Below are positions 37,901-40,515 of a stretch of DNA of 64,000 bases, in pieces (position 1 is the stretch's first letter; every line of letters begins with the position of its first letter). A model generated the notes under the pieces. That model was not told the DNA's origin. It saw nothing but the letters and a program-made list of their open reading frames with translations, and did no database searches. The position numbers and the translations under genes were made by a program. The DNA is from Candidatus Omnitrophota bacterium (GTDB lineage: Bacteria > Omnitrophota > Gorgyraeia > Gorgyraeales > Gorgyraeaceae), in assembly GCA_018824145.1 (NCBI GenBank), contig JAHJHC010000032.1:5330-69329 (forward strand), given 5' to 3'.

Positions 37901-39993
37901 TCCGTATCTGTAATCTTGACCCTAAGCTGTTCGCCTATAAGATTCGTTCCACTGATATCTGCAGGTATATCCCATCCATAGAACCCTGTAGGGCAATGTG
38001 TATCTTCTTCAACTGGCGATGCTGGCGTCTCGTAAATAGCTGTTCCTATATATCCAGAGCCGCCGTTTACAGAAAGCTCTATCTTTACTTTATGCTGATT
38101 ACTGTATCCTGTGCCTCCGCTATTGGTAGAATCAGCATAGACCCATACTATATCCTTAAGCTGTCCTACGGACCAGACCTCTTTCTCTTCTGTATAATCA
38201 GGCGGCAGTCCGCCATTGGGTACCTTTACTGTAAGAGGCGCAAGCTCCACTACATAATTACTTATGTTTATAGCCACGTAAGTATCGACTCGGTTTAAGG
38301 TAAGGGTAGTAGCAGGCGGCCCTCCTGATAGATCAGCCCTTATCCATTCAGAACCAGTAGTAGCACTCCTCGTAGTAGAGCCTCCTGAAACGCTGTAGGT
38401 TATAAATGACCTTGTATCATCTATTGTATAATCCAGGACCTGATTCTGTGCATTGGCAGCTGCAGCAATGCTCTGAGAATACTGCTGGATCAGAGTAGAT
38501 TCATCAGTAAATTCTACGACAGACCATGCGATTTCCATATTTCCTGCTGTGCCTACGCGGTCAAATGTAAGCGTAGTAGGATTAGTTATTACGCCCCGCG
38601 TAAAAGTATCATCCCAGTATGTAGCAGTAATTGCATTAAGATAACTAAACACAAGAAAGCTTTTATCTACATCCACTTCCTCTGGTATCTCTGCTGTAGT
38701 AGATGAGACTGCGACAGCCATCGTAGCATAGGAGGAATGATGCTGGACTTTGGCATCTGTCTCAAATGAGACAACCTGCCACATGATATTACAGGCCCGG
38801 GCGCCTATGCCTGTACCACGCTTGAAATACAGCGTCTTTGAAACCCCTCCTCCTGCAACCGGGGGTATATATTCATACACTTCAAAGTAAATATCCCTAT
38901 CGCTCTCAGCAGTGCCGTTCCAATAACATATGCCGTCAGGATACGGATTTCCAGTCATCCTCCTGATATTTACGTCAGAGGCAGTATTCCCTCCAGGCGT
39001 ATCGCGCAGGTCAATATAATAAGTCTGATTATCATTAAGCGTTACCGGCGTAGAGAATTCTATATCAAACCATCCCCAGCTACCAGGAAGGGTAGTCGCA
39101 TCTATATTGGTGACACTGGAATCAGTAACTATCGTACCGTTCTCTGTCTCTCTGATGGAAAAATCCACATACTGCGGAGCAGGGCTGATAGCATTTCTAT
39201 CTATGTAAAGACTGACCTTATCCAGCTGATAAGTAGCACCAGTACTGTCATACTTAAACTGTTGTGCAAGTCTATAGCTGGAAAGCGTGGTGCCCACATA
39301 ACTGACTGCACCACTATTACAGTATGAAATAGGCCCGGGTGCTGCCTCGCCCTCTATGAATTCACCCAGCGGGAATACATCAGGTACATTAGTTACAATA
39401 TAAGCATTGGGGCTTAATAGTAAAAAGCTCTTATTCATATCTACTTGGAACGGCAGAATAGTGTATCTATCCTGTTTATCTTCGGCAAGGATTGTTACGC
39501 CTCTCTGGACAAAGACCCCGTCTGTAAACTCCACAATGCGCCAGTTTATATTCCTGGTAGAATACTCTTCCTGAGCGCCCAGCTCTAACCGGTAGGCATC
39601 ATAAAAGTCCACATATATAAGATTACCTGCCTGATAACCTGCTGTTGAATCATTACTATCAAGTGTTGCAAAGGCAACGCATTTAGTTACATCACTAACA
39701 GGTGTATGGGCATCTGGAGAGCCTGTATAGCCGTCTGTGCCGTCATCTATCCAGACAACACGCACAAAGCTCGTACCCGCACTTCCTGTAGGAGCAAGTG
39801 TAGCTGTGCCTTTATAGACCTTCTTCACCTGCACTGCTTCTGCCTCTGGCACTAAATAAACCATAGAGGAAAGTAGATACACCCCTCCCGTAAGCAATAT
39901 TGCCCCAATGAAGACGCCTAGATTTTTCAGTAATCTTTTCTGCAGATTCAGATTTTTTTCTTTCATCTTCAGAAAATTATTATACGTCTTCAT
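7984..39993 (-). CDS. Giant surface or adhesin-like protein of 10,669 aa. It has an N-terminal signal-anchor, a unique roughly 600-aa N-terminal region, more than 100 tandem Ig-like beta-sandwich repeats of about 90-100 aa, and a non-Ig C-terminal region.
   Basis: It is a single uninterrupted ORF of 32,010 bp. The N-terminus KNLGVFIGAILLTGGVYLLSSMVYLV is hydrophobic. A recurring domain signature (...W.VG....I.W...G....V.I.YS.DGG.....I.......Y.WT.P......IKI.D..) runs throughout. A GGAGG SD lies upstream of the ATG. Confidence 0.9.
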   Translation of the reverse strand: MKTYNNFLKMKEKNLNLQKRLLKNLGVFIGAILLTGGVYLLSSMVYLVPEAEAVQVKKVYKGTATLAPTGSAGTSFVRVVWIDDGTDGYTGSPDAHTPVSDVTKCVAFATLDSNDSTAGYQAGNLIYVDFYDAYRLELGAQEEYSTRNINWRIVEFTDGVFVQRGVTILAEDKQDRYTILPFQVDMNKSFLLLSPNAYIVTNVPDVFPLGEFIEGEAAPGPISYCNSGAVSYVGTTLSSYRLAQQFKYDSTGATYQLDKVSLYIDRNAISPAPQYVDFSIRETENGTIVTDSSVTNIDATTLPGSWGWFDIEFSTPVTLNDNQTYYIDLRDTPGGNTASDVNIRRMTGNPYPDGICYWNGTAESDRDIYFEVYEYIPPVAGGGVSKTLYFKRGTGIGARACNIMWQVVSFETDAKVQHHSSYATMAVAVSSTTAEIPEEVDVDKSFLVFSYLNAITATYWDDTFTRGVITNPTTLTFDRVGTAGNMEIAWSVVEFTDESTLIQQYSQSIAAAANAQNQVLDYTIDDTRSFITYSVSGGSTTRSATTGSEWIRADLSGGPPATTLTLNRVDTYVAINISNYVVELAPLTVKVPNGGLPPDYTEEKEVWSVGQLKDIVWVYADSTNSGGTGYSNQHKVKIELSVNGGSGYIGTAIYETPASPVEEDTHCPTGFYGWDIPADISGTNLIGEQLRVKITDTDMSARNIDISNEDFIIKGVLTIDQPPNTWRIGEQQDITWDYLGHLDTLSTTTVTIKLSIDGGQTYLSTPLSTTTSVGTGAGDGGSGTFPWTIPAAIDGENLIGTNCVIKITSNYDPDSPNTTVQTISQPFTLRGRITSVTPTSPTTWYLGEQDKTISWMKHGHFGTGITDGTVNIFYSNNDGLSYNTPIKLDEPAGASGTGSSYDWDIPFSLVQPAQDDYAKIKVVQSDIADSTVYGESASITIEQGSITLVEPMGGDERWITGSTTGDNGHIVWSNTSNLSTTNVKLYVSRNSGVAWEYIDEVAANLNYNTTYTNQSYYQWTPELPISDEAMVKIESSQAELTGVEDESDLVFDIDATVTLIQHDGGAPSWQVGTSHDIIWEYEGDVGPVGNNKVYISISRNTGGTWEKLNGGVGIDVANNYNTTYSNQCFWTWDPVPAPESTQAMIRIESAAYPSDIDDESAAVFTIEQVVTITKPELNDVWRYGTQRDIEWTLKGSTTDDKVKVFYKKGAGGYAEIAPGVDKPSTDLKYAWTIPNDLDNEVYVKVQDYSLTNIYHESPAFKIKGSIVVTAPTTNFVKISDTSETTAITWDVNGSITGWAKIMLSKNSGSNYTYELTTPDTTDITAGTFNWTVLPVHEGANDMIMVALQGDEDLVTGTAGESNTGTADFAVKPQIKLSYPDATGIVKTIGETMDIRWKPVDFDFGDVMIAYSTNGGTDYDALLGGSIPSENNYDTTYEDESYYTWTIENLPGIVSQQCKIKVYSVKVGDEDDVSDASLNNFAILGSLELTTPPQNAGSPAVSPDWECGAQNAIIWDAEGSGIGDIYIYYSKNNGSDNYTNAIVDTPGVVTATDESYTWTIPDDDTVFKVGDNGLNSQIRIKIRAKDDDRIESISVADKLTIKARFVNLSPSTGTVYVGTTNYNITWETEGGGTGTNGVQTVNVKYDTEGGTGGWGGTIASGISNVDSFSWPKIDCPVTKQVTPPDNDIRIRVESVAHATDVYKESSELTVLGKLEITSPDASNINADALIAEETFRIEWVVNDNVGKTGGYDLGDLKLYYAPDGVTWEDGLGNVGTPITTLPASGNSYYDWTVPANKCTTSGNEIKIEDADETSVKHATDIDFHIKGKLYAISGGEKNHWMEAPNGGEVYYVGGADIDVQWRYKGDLGTCEIYYDDDSGTLYDIPVATVAHDKNEDGSNICHHSMQVPATAGITYRVKIYDNNDGTYVFANSQSNFVVKGAVYLGSPGMDDQNIELWFVDGFSQPPATGAPTITWTVTGGIAEVDILLDTDSGNNDYTDFTIASQIGGGSSPYSWSIPAENDRQTITTDKAGVRVRDHNDTSVSDESLYDFEIKPRIFIGTPPGIGDLWIIEQSKAITWTTTGLIGWVRLYSTPDGTNWYEQPTWASTASGSLWTIPETNTVAHNNAKIKLVRVEEDDEQVKYEDTDVVSISPTFSIGGKIVIDSPLTNQGYNVLSTGDIEWNVKGDVGNVKIMYNTNSGASYPDGSWVAFSGATEIAPDYCTNVPGTPYTVNIPESTAPEVKIRVGEMNHEFDIFGPIMAGSPTHAFKGNILFDQPPGDPSTKNETITIGSGVHTINWSNVGSFTNLKAFYKNIGDTQWTQIGSDLAGGVTSTDYTAIDSDITNPAMDNKVLFRVEDALDGQDVYAETAVGEANIVVGQLEMMQPVLDQEMTVGDSVTVKWKKYGDTGNLKFELWDGSDWLDNAGGSGLPDSRTPGASGETGVTLSWTVPDKIYNLCKIRTTAINYDGLGAPYELQDESDTFIIKGDLTSITTPGTWYVGEDHNVTWEATGIMSTVKIELYVEGTGYTTIDNAYDGHDNNPAGLKSGTNTYLWHAADTKQQQRSEQCKIRVISNQNNDIDVETTFFTLKPKITVTTPSQAWIAESNSNLIEWSAIAAPTTNINIILEDGNSGAGYPKTLASNIDKTGIPPASLSYTSTVVLPATLTNSANIRIEDAQTSPVDYTGIVYGESNPFDVIGEIVISKPDDTCLDWTVGDTTRLIEWNVKGTIGDAKIYADYNGDGTMDETLTTIACSSGYNSWTWEDPGDPTDEGIGDYVGNNVKIKIDDVDAYTVTTDTSDPFPILGGFEFTKPAAVGEVHHIDDDTDPTGYLIKWKTSGTNITAVKLEYFHNVNGWTPIEPSLANNSWGDTENSYTWDADSTGPLPVNLAATNVKFRITAVTPNQPDTELESATIVLCGDIEVTAPTQGVTWVADGTTANTVSWNVFGPVGNVKVFYTRDVSESYVELTEQSGEAGDAAANKGAYQWTIPTDPAQGDFITRVDAAHGSLIKVSDAVAPFDTYATDESLDFMVKGQLRLIAPTVGALSAGLNCASSNTITWERDGRIYAVNVKYSTNNGVDNYSNVIAQDRTFATINSTQQSTASQWQVPETPVTDEYILLIEDANYEKSGTDGTFVPSDAFRIKGALTLTAPTATATWRITEEKTISWEVDHGQLDYVKIIASPSGNFSGDEYDVVTGLNPFNVEAFNTGLLPSKVGSGNYPWTIPISTPLVDTIKFKVVHDNASFTDIKSNASAAMDMRANILVQTPTVDYSPFVDWKVGDTGKIVKFSAYGSALGTVYVFLYDGDDGVEHQLDSGGVATAGNGNPQDFTLPSSVPDVKSNACTVRVRDTVIRVDADVEGESGAFSAYPVLSNVAITPTDPPDVANVWITGATNQEVTWTDTSAQVDTVDIYYSSTGSGGFNFGTDTPIMDDWSTAQGSCATITVPSTRTLQGRIAVRDADSNFDDDVNAMMQTDFRVAGKIYIDEPDDTHNWQVGATDKLIKWHYDGDVSAVDIYIDYDGYGTGTSEVLLKANVDVDDGVAGYNPASAGGAWDPAGVPNEVGNNVQIRIQDANDNYDDATTTTSEAFKITASFTFAYPVGSEEFHVTSLTPSFVIKWNTIGDSVSAVKLEYWNKDSGTSGEWLLIKNGVANNKHGSGVANENTYTWDTVGAHDNLLPLNLAAEDIKFRITSSTPLQPSTAKVSNEFVICGNIAVTAPTQGLTLVADGTTANTVSWNVYGPVTNVKIAYSRDSKSNYVELVSSMSAEAGDAAANKGAYQWTIPTDPSLGDYITRVDASESSYIKVEDASTFGQYVSHESLDFIVKGQLRIIAPSVATLADGFVGRETTPVTWERDGRINAVNVKYATDGVTFSNSLVSDRIFATTAATQQSLASDWIIPETPLTPDYKILIEDTNYEKSGTSGTYVLSNPFTVKGALTLTAPSSTTTWNITDTNKTISWNVAHGEISKVKIIASPSGNFTGDEYVVDTNLNPFSVSAFSAAATPVGSGSYQWTIPVTAVLSDTTKFKVRDMNETDYADVISAASVAMYIRGKITVKTPTVDYLPSDDWNVGDTDKQVKFTTYGDTMSTVYVYLYDGVAEHQIDGGSGIATNGNGSEETFGGSGEFTVPDVKSHNCTIRVRNAESSPTAEGESGGTFSTYPVISNVAITPTDPPNTAGVWIAEAADQTVTWTETSAELTTVDIYYSSTGTGGFNFETDTPIVDNWSTAQGSCATITVPTERTLQGRIAVRDADSNFDDYINAMIPANFKVCGEIFIDEPDDTHNWQVGATDKLIKWHYDGDISAVDIYIDYDGYGTGDPEVLLKANVDATQGSAGYNPASAGGAWDPNGVPNEIGNNVQIRLQDADSNYESVTTTTSEAFKITASFTFAYPVGGETFHVASTTPSIQIRWNTIGDNVSAVKLEYWNKDSGASGEWLLIKSGIANNKHGSGVANENTYTWDRVGAHDNLLPLNLAAEDIKFRITSSTPDQPSTAKLSNEFVICGNIAITAPTQGLIWTADGATANTISWDVFGPVTNVKILYSRDSGVGYVELVSTMAAEDDDGDGDADEDDTIPNKGSYDWTIPTNPATGDYITRVDAGDDSYITVEDTSTFGTYVTDESLDFIVKGQLRIITPSAATFANGFTGRASTQITWERDGRINAVNVKYATDGVTFSNVITADRTFATTAATQQSLASAWIVPETPLSISYNILVEDTNYEKSGADGTFVESGNFRVKGQLTLTAPSSTDTWNITDTNKTISWDVNHGEISKVEIIASPSGNFTGDEYVVDTNLNPFNVSAFNGVATPVGSGSYSWTVPVTAVLSDTTKFKVRDDNETDFPTVITAASPAILIRGKIAVKTPTVDYLPSTDWHPGDSDKQVKFTTYGDTMGTVYIYLYDGAAEHDLAVGGISTNGDGNEETYNVPQVPDVKSINCTIRVRNAESSPTVSGESQGTFSVYPTITGVTITPSTGDEGSNPPIWRAGLGSQTVTWTENDIATPGLISEVQILYTATGGTPDTALNTGGAVTTHEICNTITAPAALSFDSAIVRVRDADTDFQDKIYADSSAFRMLGRIQYGASPSLDADWFIGDDSRQVIWSAFGTEITQLDVYADYDDGAGFNYITTIAANSSPWTFEDPEGSGTVGDNVTESAQIRLQDNDTDRGPLTQYNSVTFHIAGKFETIAVTAVDPEDTVVVSNRAAIVTWAKTGTLISDVLMQYTTNGTNWYNIVNNLEADTTTLVSNNESYSWTSPATVMSQLCKIKITDPDNSAAQGISAANFTIAPKCKVLQPDSNDSWEANDTETIEWQKWGTFPNVNIYYRPDDQTAWDLLNDAETVPSHGGDGLNGTWGWYIDEEVVLSPTAEIKVVDKDRETYTLAILSDQFTTRGSVEMLWPDDGTEGYNVYEAGIAKNIKFKRYGNIEGVKLYLWDGDSWDLMTDLGTNGVIDFVGAETEHITSWSPPEFIGTSYKIKCQDKNNADIDSESPPFKIKGKVKITDPDLQQPTWYITDQDKRIRWDVQHGNIAFVKIEISPSGAFGGDEYLIIGQTQADNEIAFDKDTSPVAKGFYDWDIQRDTPLSTIARIRVKDYNETDYDDVASTSGADVTIRGKISVQTPGVDWNVKDTGRLITWNAYGAISTVWIDFYDGNQWLLSINGAGGTACGDGDNKTWSVANWDVHGKIPDMKSNACQIRIKNATSNPTISETSGTFYVYPTITNVDIVPSVGDEAKDHTIWRAKLANQTVTWTENDISDDTLVDTVDIVYSKAGTFADAVTIKEDVLTHESCATITAPTNLSFQSAKIRVQDNDTGFENKVYGDSTEVFSVLGRVVYGASPSLGANWGIGAVDKLINWTAYGDQLTQVDIYIDYGSSYIYQKTEDTVPESPDSWTYDDIDTGVDGVGDYAAENVTVRIEDVDTDRKAYTQYLSPAFNIIGSFEFAYPLGGETFHIDDDTSPSPLQIQWKTTGSDVSKVKLEYYHNVNGWTLIDGNVDNNYGDGVQVNTYDWGPASSTPLPVNYAATDIKFRITSVVPNHPATELESEEFVICGTLDVTAPEQGEIWVADGATANTISWDVYGPVTNAKISYSRDSGVGYTVIVPTQLAEAGDAQANKGAYQWTIPVNPASGDFITRVDAADVSYIKVEDASATYGTYVNDESLDFIVKGQLTIIAPTAGTLASGFVGRDSTQITWQRDGRINAVNVKYATDGVTFSNVIAADRTFATTAATQQSLASAWIVPETPLTPNYKILIEDTNYEKSGTDGTYILSNTFTVKGALSITAPSTTTTWRITEQKTISWDVDHGQINKVKIIASPSGNFTGDEYTVDTNLDPFNVSAFSAAATPVGSGSYPWTIPVTADLTDTTKFKVRDANETDFADVISTASVVMYIRGKITVLTPSVDYAPFGVDWKVGEADKQVQFRSYGDTMSTVYIYLYDGTTEYDLAVGGTSTVGNGNIETYNVPSVPDVKSHNCTIRIRDAAVSPNAEGESGTFSAYPTISSVAITPTNPPNIAGVWVSDSENQTVTWTETSSKLTTVDIYYSATGTGGFNFETDTPIVDNWSTAQGSCNTITVATNKTTQGRIAVRDADSNFDDYINAMTATNFRVAGKIYIDEPDSAHNWPVGATDKLIKWHYDGNLTAVDIYIDYDGYGTGDPEVLLKANVDVDDGVAGYNPASAGGVWDPDGVPNEVGNNVQVRIQDGDSAYEDATTTTSDAFKITSSFTFAYPTGGEPFHVDSLTPSFVIKWNTIGDSVSAVKLEYWNKDSGASGEWLLIKDGVANNKHGSGVANENTYTWDTTGAHDNPIPLNLAAEDIKFRITASTPLQPSTAKESNEFVICGNVEVTAPSQGDIWTADGATANTVSWDVYGPVTNVKISYSRDTGGGWTELVASMAAEDDDGDGDADGDDTIPNQGSYDWTIPTNPATGDYITRVDAGDDSLIKIEDTSTFGTYVVDESLDFIVKGQLTIITPTAGTLASGFVGRDSTQITWQRDGRINAVSVKYATDGVTFSNVIVADRTFSTTAALQQSLASAWIIPETPLIPNYKILIEDTNYEKSGTDGTFVLSDAFKVRGALTLTAPATTTTWRITEQKAISWDVNHGEINKVKIIASPSGNFTGDEYTVDTNLDPFNVSAFNGVATPVGSGTYQWTIPVTADLTDTTKFKVRDANETDYSSVISAASVAMYIRGKITVLTPTVDYAPFDIDWNVGDTNRQVKWRAYGDTMSTVYIYLYDGTTEHNLAVGGTATVGDGNIETYNVPQIPDVKSNNCTIRIRDAQTSPKAEGESAGTFSAYPTISGVTITPSAGDEGSNPPIWRAGLENQTVTWTEDIISDDNLISTVQIYYSSTGTGGLPGTLLLDNVNTEETCSAITAPLQLSYNQAVIRVRDKDTGFEDKVYGDSSPFRVLGRIVYGLSPAQDANWFVGETNKTVNWTAYGNQLTSVDILIDYDDGEGYQYLKTESTVPGSPDTWTFDDPDAGIDGVGPHITLTTQIMIQDVDTDRQTYTKYESPTFHIAGNFDINDALLPTTLSAGDPYTIKWENYDLQGQIPIAKLEFFDGTTWHDIDYKTNPTGHTGLVTNSESCSWSVPTDVKSVACQFKISDPDNAAAVDLSATFEIRAVITVTSPDSNDKWVIGTSGNLIEWNVTGLIGTVGSPNVFEIVYSNDDGVTYPPYGGYVINSSYTATPPVSYPWTIPTDEDILTKDQAMIKVADASLAAACGESDSFMMKSGITVTEPETTDVLTVGTAFTIEWTTLGTADMGDVIIQFSKTGSAPWTNIATVDFEYGSSSYNLWAPAIDSITDDTKAAIVRITDVDNTEVTDDSEAFEIEGDIVWESPIESGLMWSVNTSYDIEWTPTGTFGPIKIEYSTNAFADELETNYFTSVANSAHGVRRVYPFTVPNDIDDQVKIRISHEYDSDVKAVVPYNIKFVGSLDVTAPDSQTPKPIWLKGQSKNITWTAIGDVTNVDIQYKTSAGGNYIDIILDHDGGGAYGDGSNTYQWTVEDENSENCYIKVSDTLHHTGAATDVYSVSTYPFSIRPVITVSQPVEDSNLVVLSDGHTISWSLNGSEQVSYVKLYYSVDGGSFEDLDVSGNVDATSDYTWDNIPDAISDDVVVRVVDNVNSSVYGDSPSFDIIGSITVVKPDSNSNWEVGTTDKNITWSYTGSIGLVNIYYDYGQGYDLVDASNMPVAASGQSYTWSSIPDHVSESVKIKITDEDTETAVDKVEDESVPFKIRGGFVLDAIPAYVISASGRTITWTPNGADILIAKLEFSSNNGGAWRNIDYVSAGNPGTGFVSNSGAYSWTVPSDVASTTCLVKISDPDNADAKHTSNSFEVRAKITLDSPTTSDAWVVNDNHDIEWTVTGVVNNVNIEYSVAGGDFGWVLGWAAGEDPQVDPVGQASNISASDGSFTWKIPDQMSDEINVRIADTTKPNDVKDESGNFTITGKIVLGAPVGGETWYVLDQKTISWTKTGNIPLVDVLWSEPTINGGAYQYITDGEDLTENSTTWSVPSVISDSVKVRIVNSDATKPTIAAVSDFFYVRGKLLITSPQLDQVWDSGAQKNITWTTTGPIPEVTLDYDYDGVGTGVDWITIDTDITASDQSYPWTVPPTISSNVVVRVTDELYNEVTNTSPVFKIANIVVTRPQAGDPWICQEQEDINFTVSGAITNVKIEFSSNGLSGPWTEIEPSLAVSQDANTYTWNSVTTVASTHTIIRIKDTNQKSFVTGFSPEFIVRGGFTFLHPISTDRWLANSAKTIEWTTKGTILNVYIRYRLDDQDNFDFVNDGSTISNNNQYPWTVPNAISYEAQIKISDAQDSSATTESAPFTVHGQLTVTQPNDSSSKLKAGQFDQDSKIIWTMIGPISRVDIYLSTTGDVEENYEYMTYVEGATEYSWSVPTDKGRSTNCFIRLKDPSDPQELVKDESDTAFWIIDNITVLTPDGTVPWIAGNTHAVTWTSEDIATSVDIKYKKDAPYDTWPGTVISGITNDATNSYDWPIPNSIDLTHTYRIRVSDANATYSAYCFDTSVDFTIQGTITVTEPNGGTAPDFLDMEKWGCDLTHYVKWTSQGNITNVDIAYYLGSTPPSNPNDWVDIITNYSNSGAKEYPWDIPITLTAENVLIRVKDHNTAFPDVKDVTDNPFKIMARVVVEEPETGYVWEAGTQGTIKWTRYGPSSFDKVKIEYAYNNPDFTDPGDPQDPTDIKVITSSEQFVGSVGNFGWNIPPEAVGFESMRIRISKHDDPDVYDISDAFTIRVNFTSISPNGGQKWILGHTETISWTKTGITYSDTARTQEAVKLTVYLQANPTIKYVIGVQPSSGTAGIYDWTIPTTLDYRLITDNMGLIMRVEDPNYDDPTDTDAYKDSASPFKIMPDIIVTSPVSDEQWFVNDTNRYITWTITDTTVPTLGNVTMYYSLTGGSSWTAISGSSTPATDEEWLWVPKVPDIISSQLKIKVESNDDSDCYGVAPHTVNAQTGFPNRNSFTTAPYAKISAKFTIDPNITGQDLVVGDSYQITWTNTGTVTDVKITYSLNGDTGPFDPIDEDNDPQTADTGIVANGASGGSFDWTVPDDIARDTVKLRVESSLDSDAVDTSGLFRIMGEITINAPVGGPSWEIGQDKDIKWNWVGTIPEVEITYSTNGLTGPFNPVDEDNDPGTANTGLVTNGAGAGGPGAEHTFTWTVPDEASANVIIRVADARDGTSPVGDQTDIIGESQSFEIIGYIITHAPVADEKWAVASSHDITWEWGGTMPQVKITISQNGVGGPFVPIDEDNDPGTANTGIVTNGVYDPQNPGATHSFTWIVEDYISPTCVIKVADARTLLESIVNDDSGEFKIQGDFTLTSPAIALKEGGDPAEVLDYECRWVTNEVREVTWTTFGTIPKVDIYYSKDNFADIDPADGVPDNQILIKNDLGQQALDWDNTGTFDWKIANDRSDTVKIRIYDHNDPDVFIEGPYVDPGFPAGVSTTMKIDYYTITWDIRDLITNQHINGLTVSEVSTSGWPGWDATGVSSPKNHDVTADNWTATFTHKDYGPIEVTYFTGVDEEGKVWGDRKIFRTMETLVVHIWRAYSEFSYDVETDRLDITSWLERDGSLVPGALVVDVKIYDGFEQIKRKTILVQEEDTPQAGDPEKHYFYEDIPSTVDIWLGTSWDPDLEQEVERFQFENIADCATYKTGEIQTPIDFAGFFPQTWTPTSHTSGGTAYDTLQAGKVYTVKTYIVLGTGGNFTTPVSFTVTIPTAMASMEDSLENMDDKIDYVLDKPMSVISGEIQASMDQQIILLDQKTDEVVDIVSAQTETIETKMNEQSALIDSKTDEMIAMVDMTLTSFETRTQSAIEDLQEGADMAVEAGETLMETALKYSWGASVSPNPVLTNETVTINCQGQPGLAPVIDIYDVNSNLVYSSIMKESSDGVYVYEFEADDSFEAGKAYSFIIQESETGGLVTGSGMVGKYEWSVAVFPDPALTGDTITLQCIGLPNLLPQVYIYAWDGDAIEEGLLMTQDTPGMYIAKVEADGNFPAGKAYTYMVTEQQTGTVLVGSGMVESMSITTVAGLAAAAPEASRAAKKALEAIKALEAVLISGDSINIALTLKNLKSSVDALPEIMSKEGPTAVITNAINEVSDRIKALAGEEGYDMGTILEEALTESPTVKEIRNKTDAINGTVDVVLQTFESKIGGIEDPIVLMQ
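17400..32200 (-). repeat. Nested tandem super-repeat inside the giant gene, with a period of about 2.33 kb (about 775 aa, 8 Ig-like domains) and five full copies.
   Basis: Conserved landmarks (KLEY[WFY]...GEWLLIK or HNVNGWT coding, read on the antisense strand) recur at about 31.4, 29.06, 26.69, 22.06 and 19.7 kb. Near-identical antisense pseudo-ORFs (..EKVTPSVAYFTLTAL..) sit at 18971, 21347, 25943 and 28373. VFSLATPEPCLLLA-type pseudo-ORFs sit at about 19.65, 26.6 and 28.9 kb. Confidence 0.85.
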
Positions 39994-40008
39994 TGTCCTC
40001 GCCTCCTT

Positions 40009-40515
40009 TTAATCGCTTATTAAGACCTCGAGCTGATTCTCAGATTCTTCTTCGGAGTCAGGCTCAGGTCTTTTTATTCTTTTTGCAGCCCTCACAAAAC
40101 TAATACTTTTTGCGAGCCATTCTTCAGTAATCCTGTTTCCTCTGTTTGGCTTAGTTACCTCATGGTAAGTCACCTTCACAGCATCGCCGACTTTTATATC
40201 GTTTAAACCCTGTTTATGCACCACCTTTGTATCTTCATCAATAAGAAAAGAATAATCAGTATTTGTCTCGGCATCACCTACGGCAATAACCGTGGGATTA
40301 AATCTGGGTGTAAAATAAATAACCTCTCCTACCAACTCTTTTTCTTTAATCATCTCTTTCACAGGAGACTGTTCGCCTTCTCCTTGCTCTTCGTCGTCTT
40401 CCTGAGCAACTCCTGCCCCTATGCCTCCTAAGAGAAAAACCGCTATTAAAAATATGAGACATACAAAAATCTTTTTCATCCCGCTATCCTCCTTACTTTT
40501 AAAAATAATATTCAT
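40009..40515 (-). CDS. Small secreted protein of unknown function, located immediately upstream of and co-oriented with the giant gene.
   Basis: The 168-aa protein has a signal peptide (KKIFVCLIFLIAVFLLGGIGAGVA), an acidic linker, a beta-rich domain and an acidic C-terminus. There is a 15-nt gap to the giant-gene ATG. Confidence 0.6.
   Translation of the reverse strand: MNIIFKSKEDSGMKKIFVCLIFLIAVFLLGGIGAGVAQEDDEEQGEGEQSPVKEMIKEKELVGEVIYFTPRFNPTVIAVGDAETNTDYSFLIDEDTKVVHKQGLNDIKVGDAVKVTYHEVTKPNRGNRITEEWLAKSISFVRAAKRIKRPEPDSEEESENQLEVLISD

Noticed and set aside
8906-38298. Dozens of plus-strand ORFs of 60-147 aa inside the giant gene, many near-identical to each other (for example at 18971, 21347, 25943 and 28373).
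   Set aside because: They are antisense frames of the minus-strand giant ORF. Their repetition simply mirrors the 2.33-kb coding super-repeat. They have no SD, their composition is Ser/Thr/Cys-rich junk, and each is fully overlapped by a 10,669-aa ORF.
39900-39993. Type IV pilin-like class III signal at the giant protein N-terminus.
   Set aside because: The hydrophobic segment (KNLG VFIGAILLTGGVYLL) lacks the G/FTLIE-type cleavage motif with Glu at +5. I call it a generic signal-anchor.
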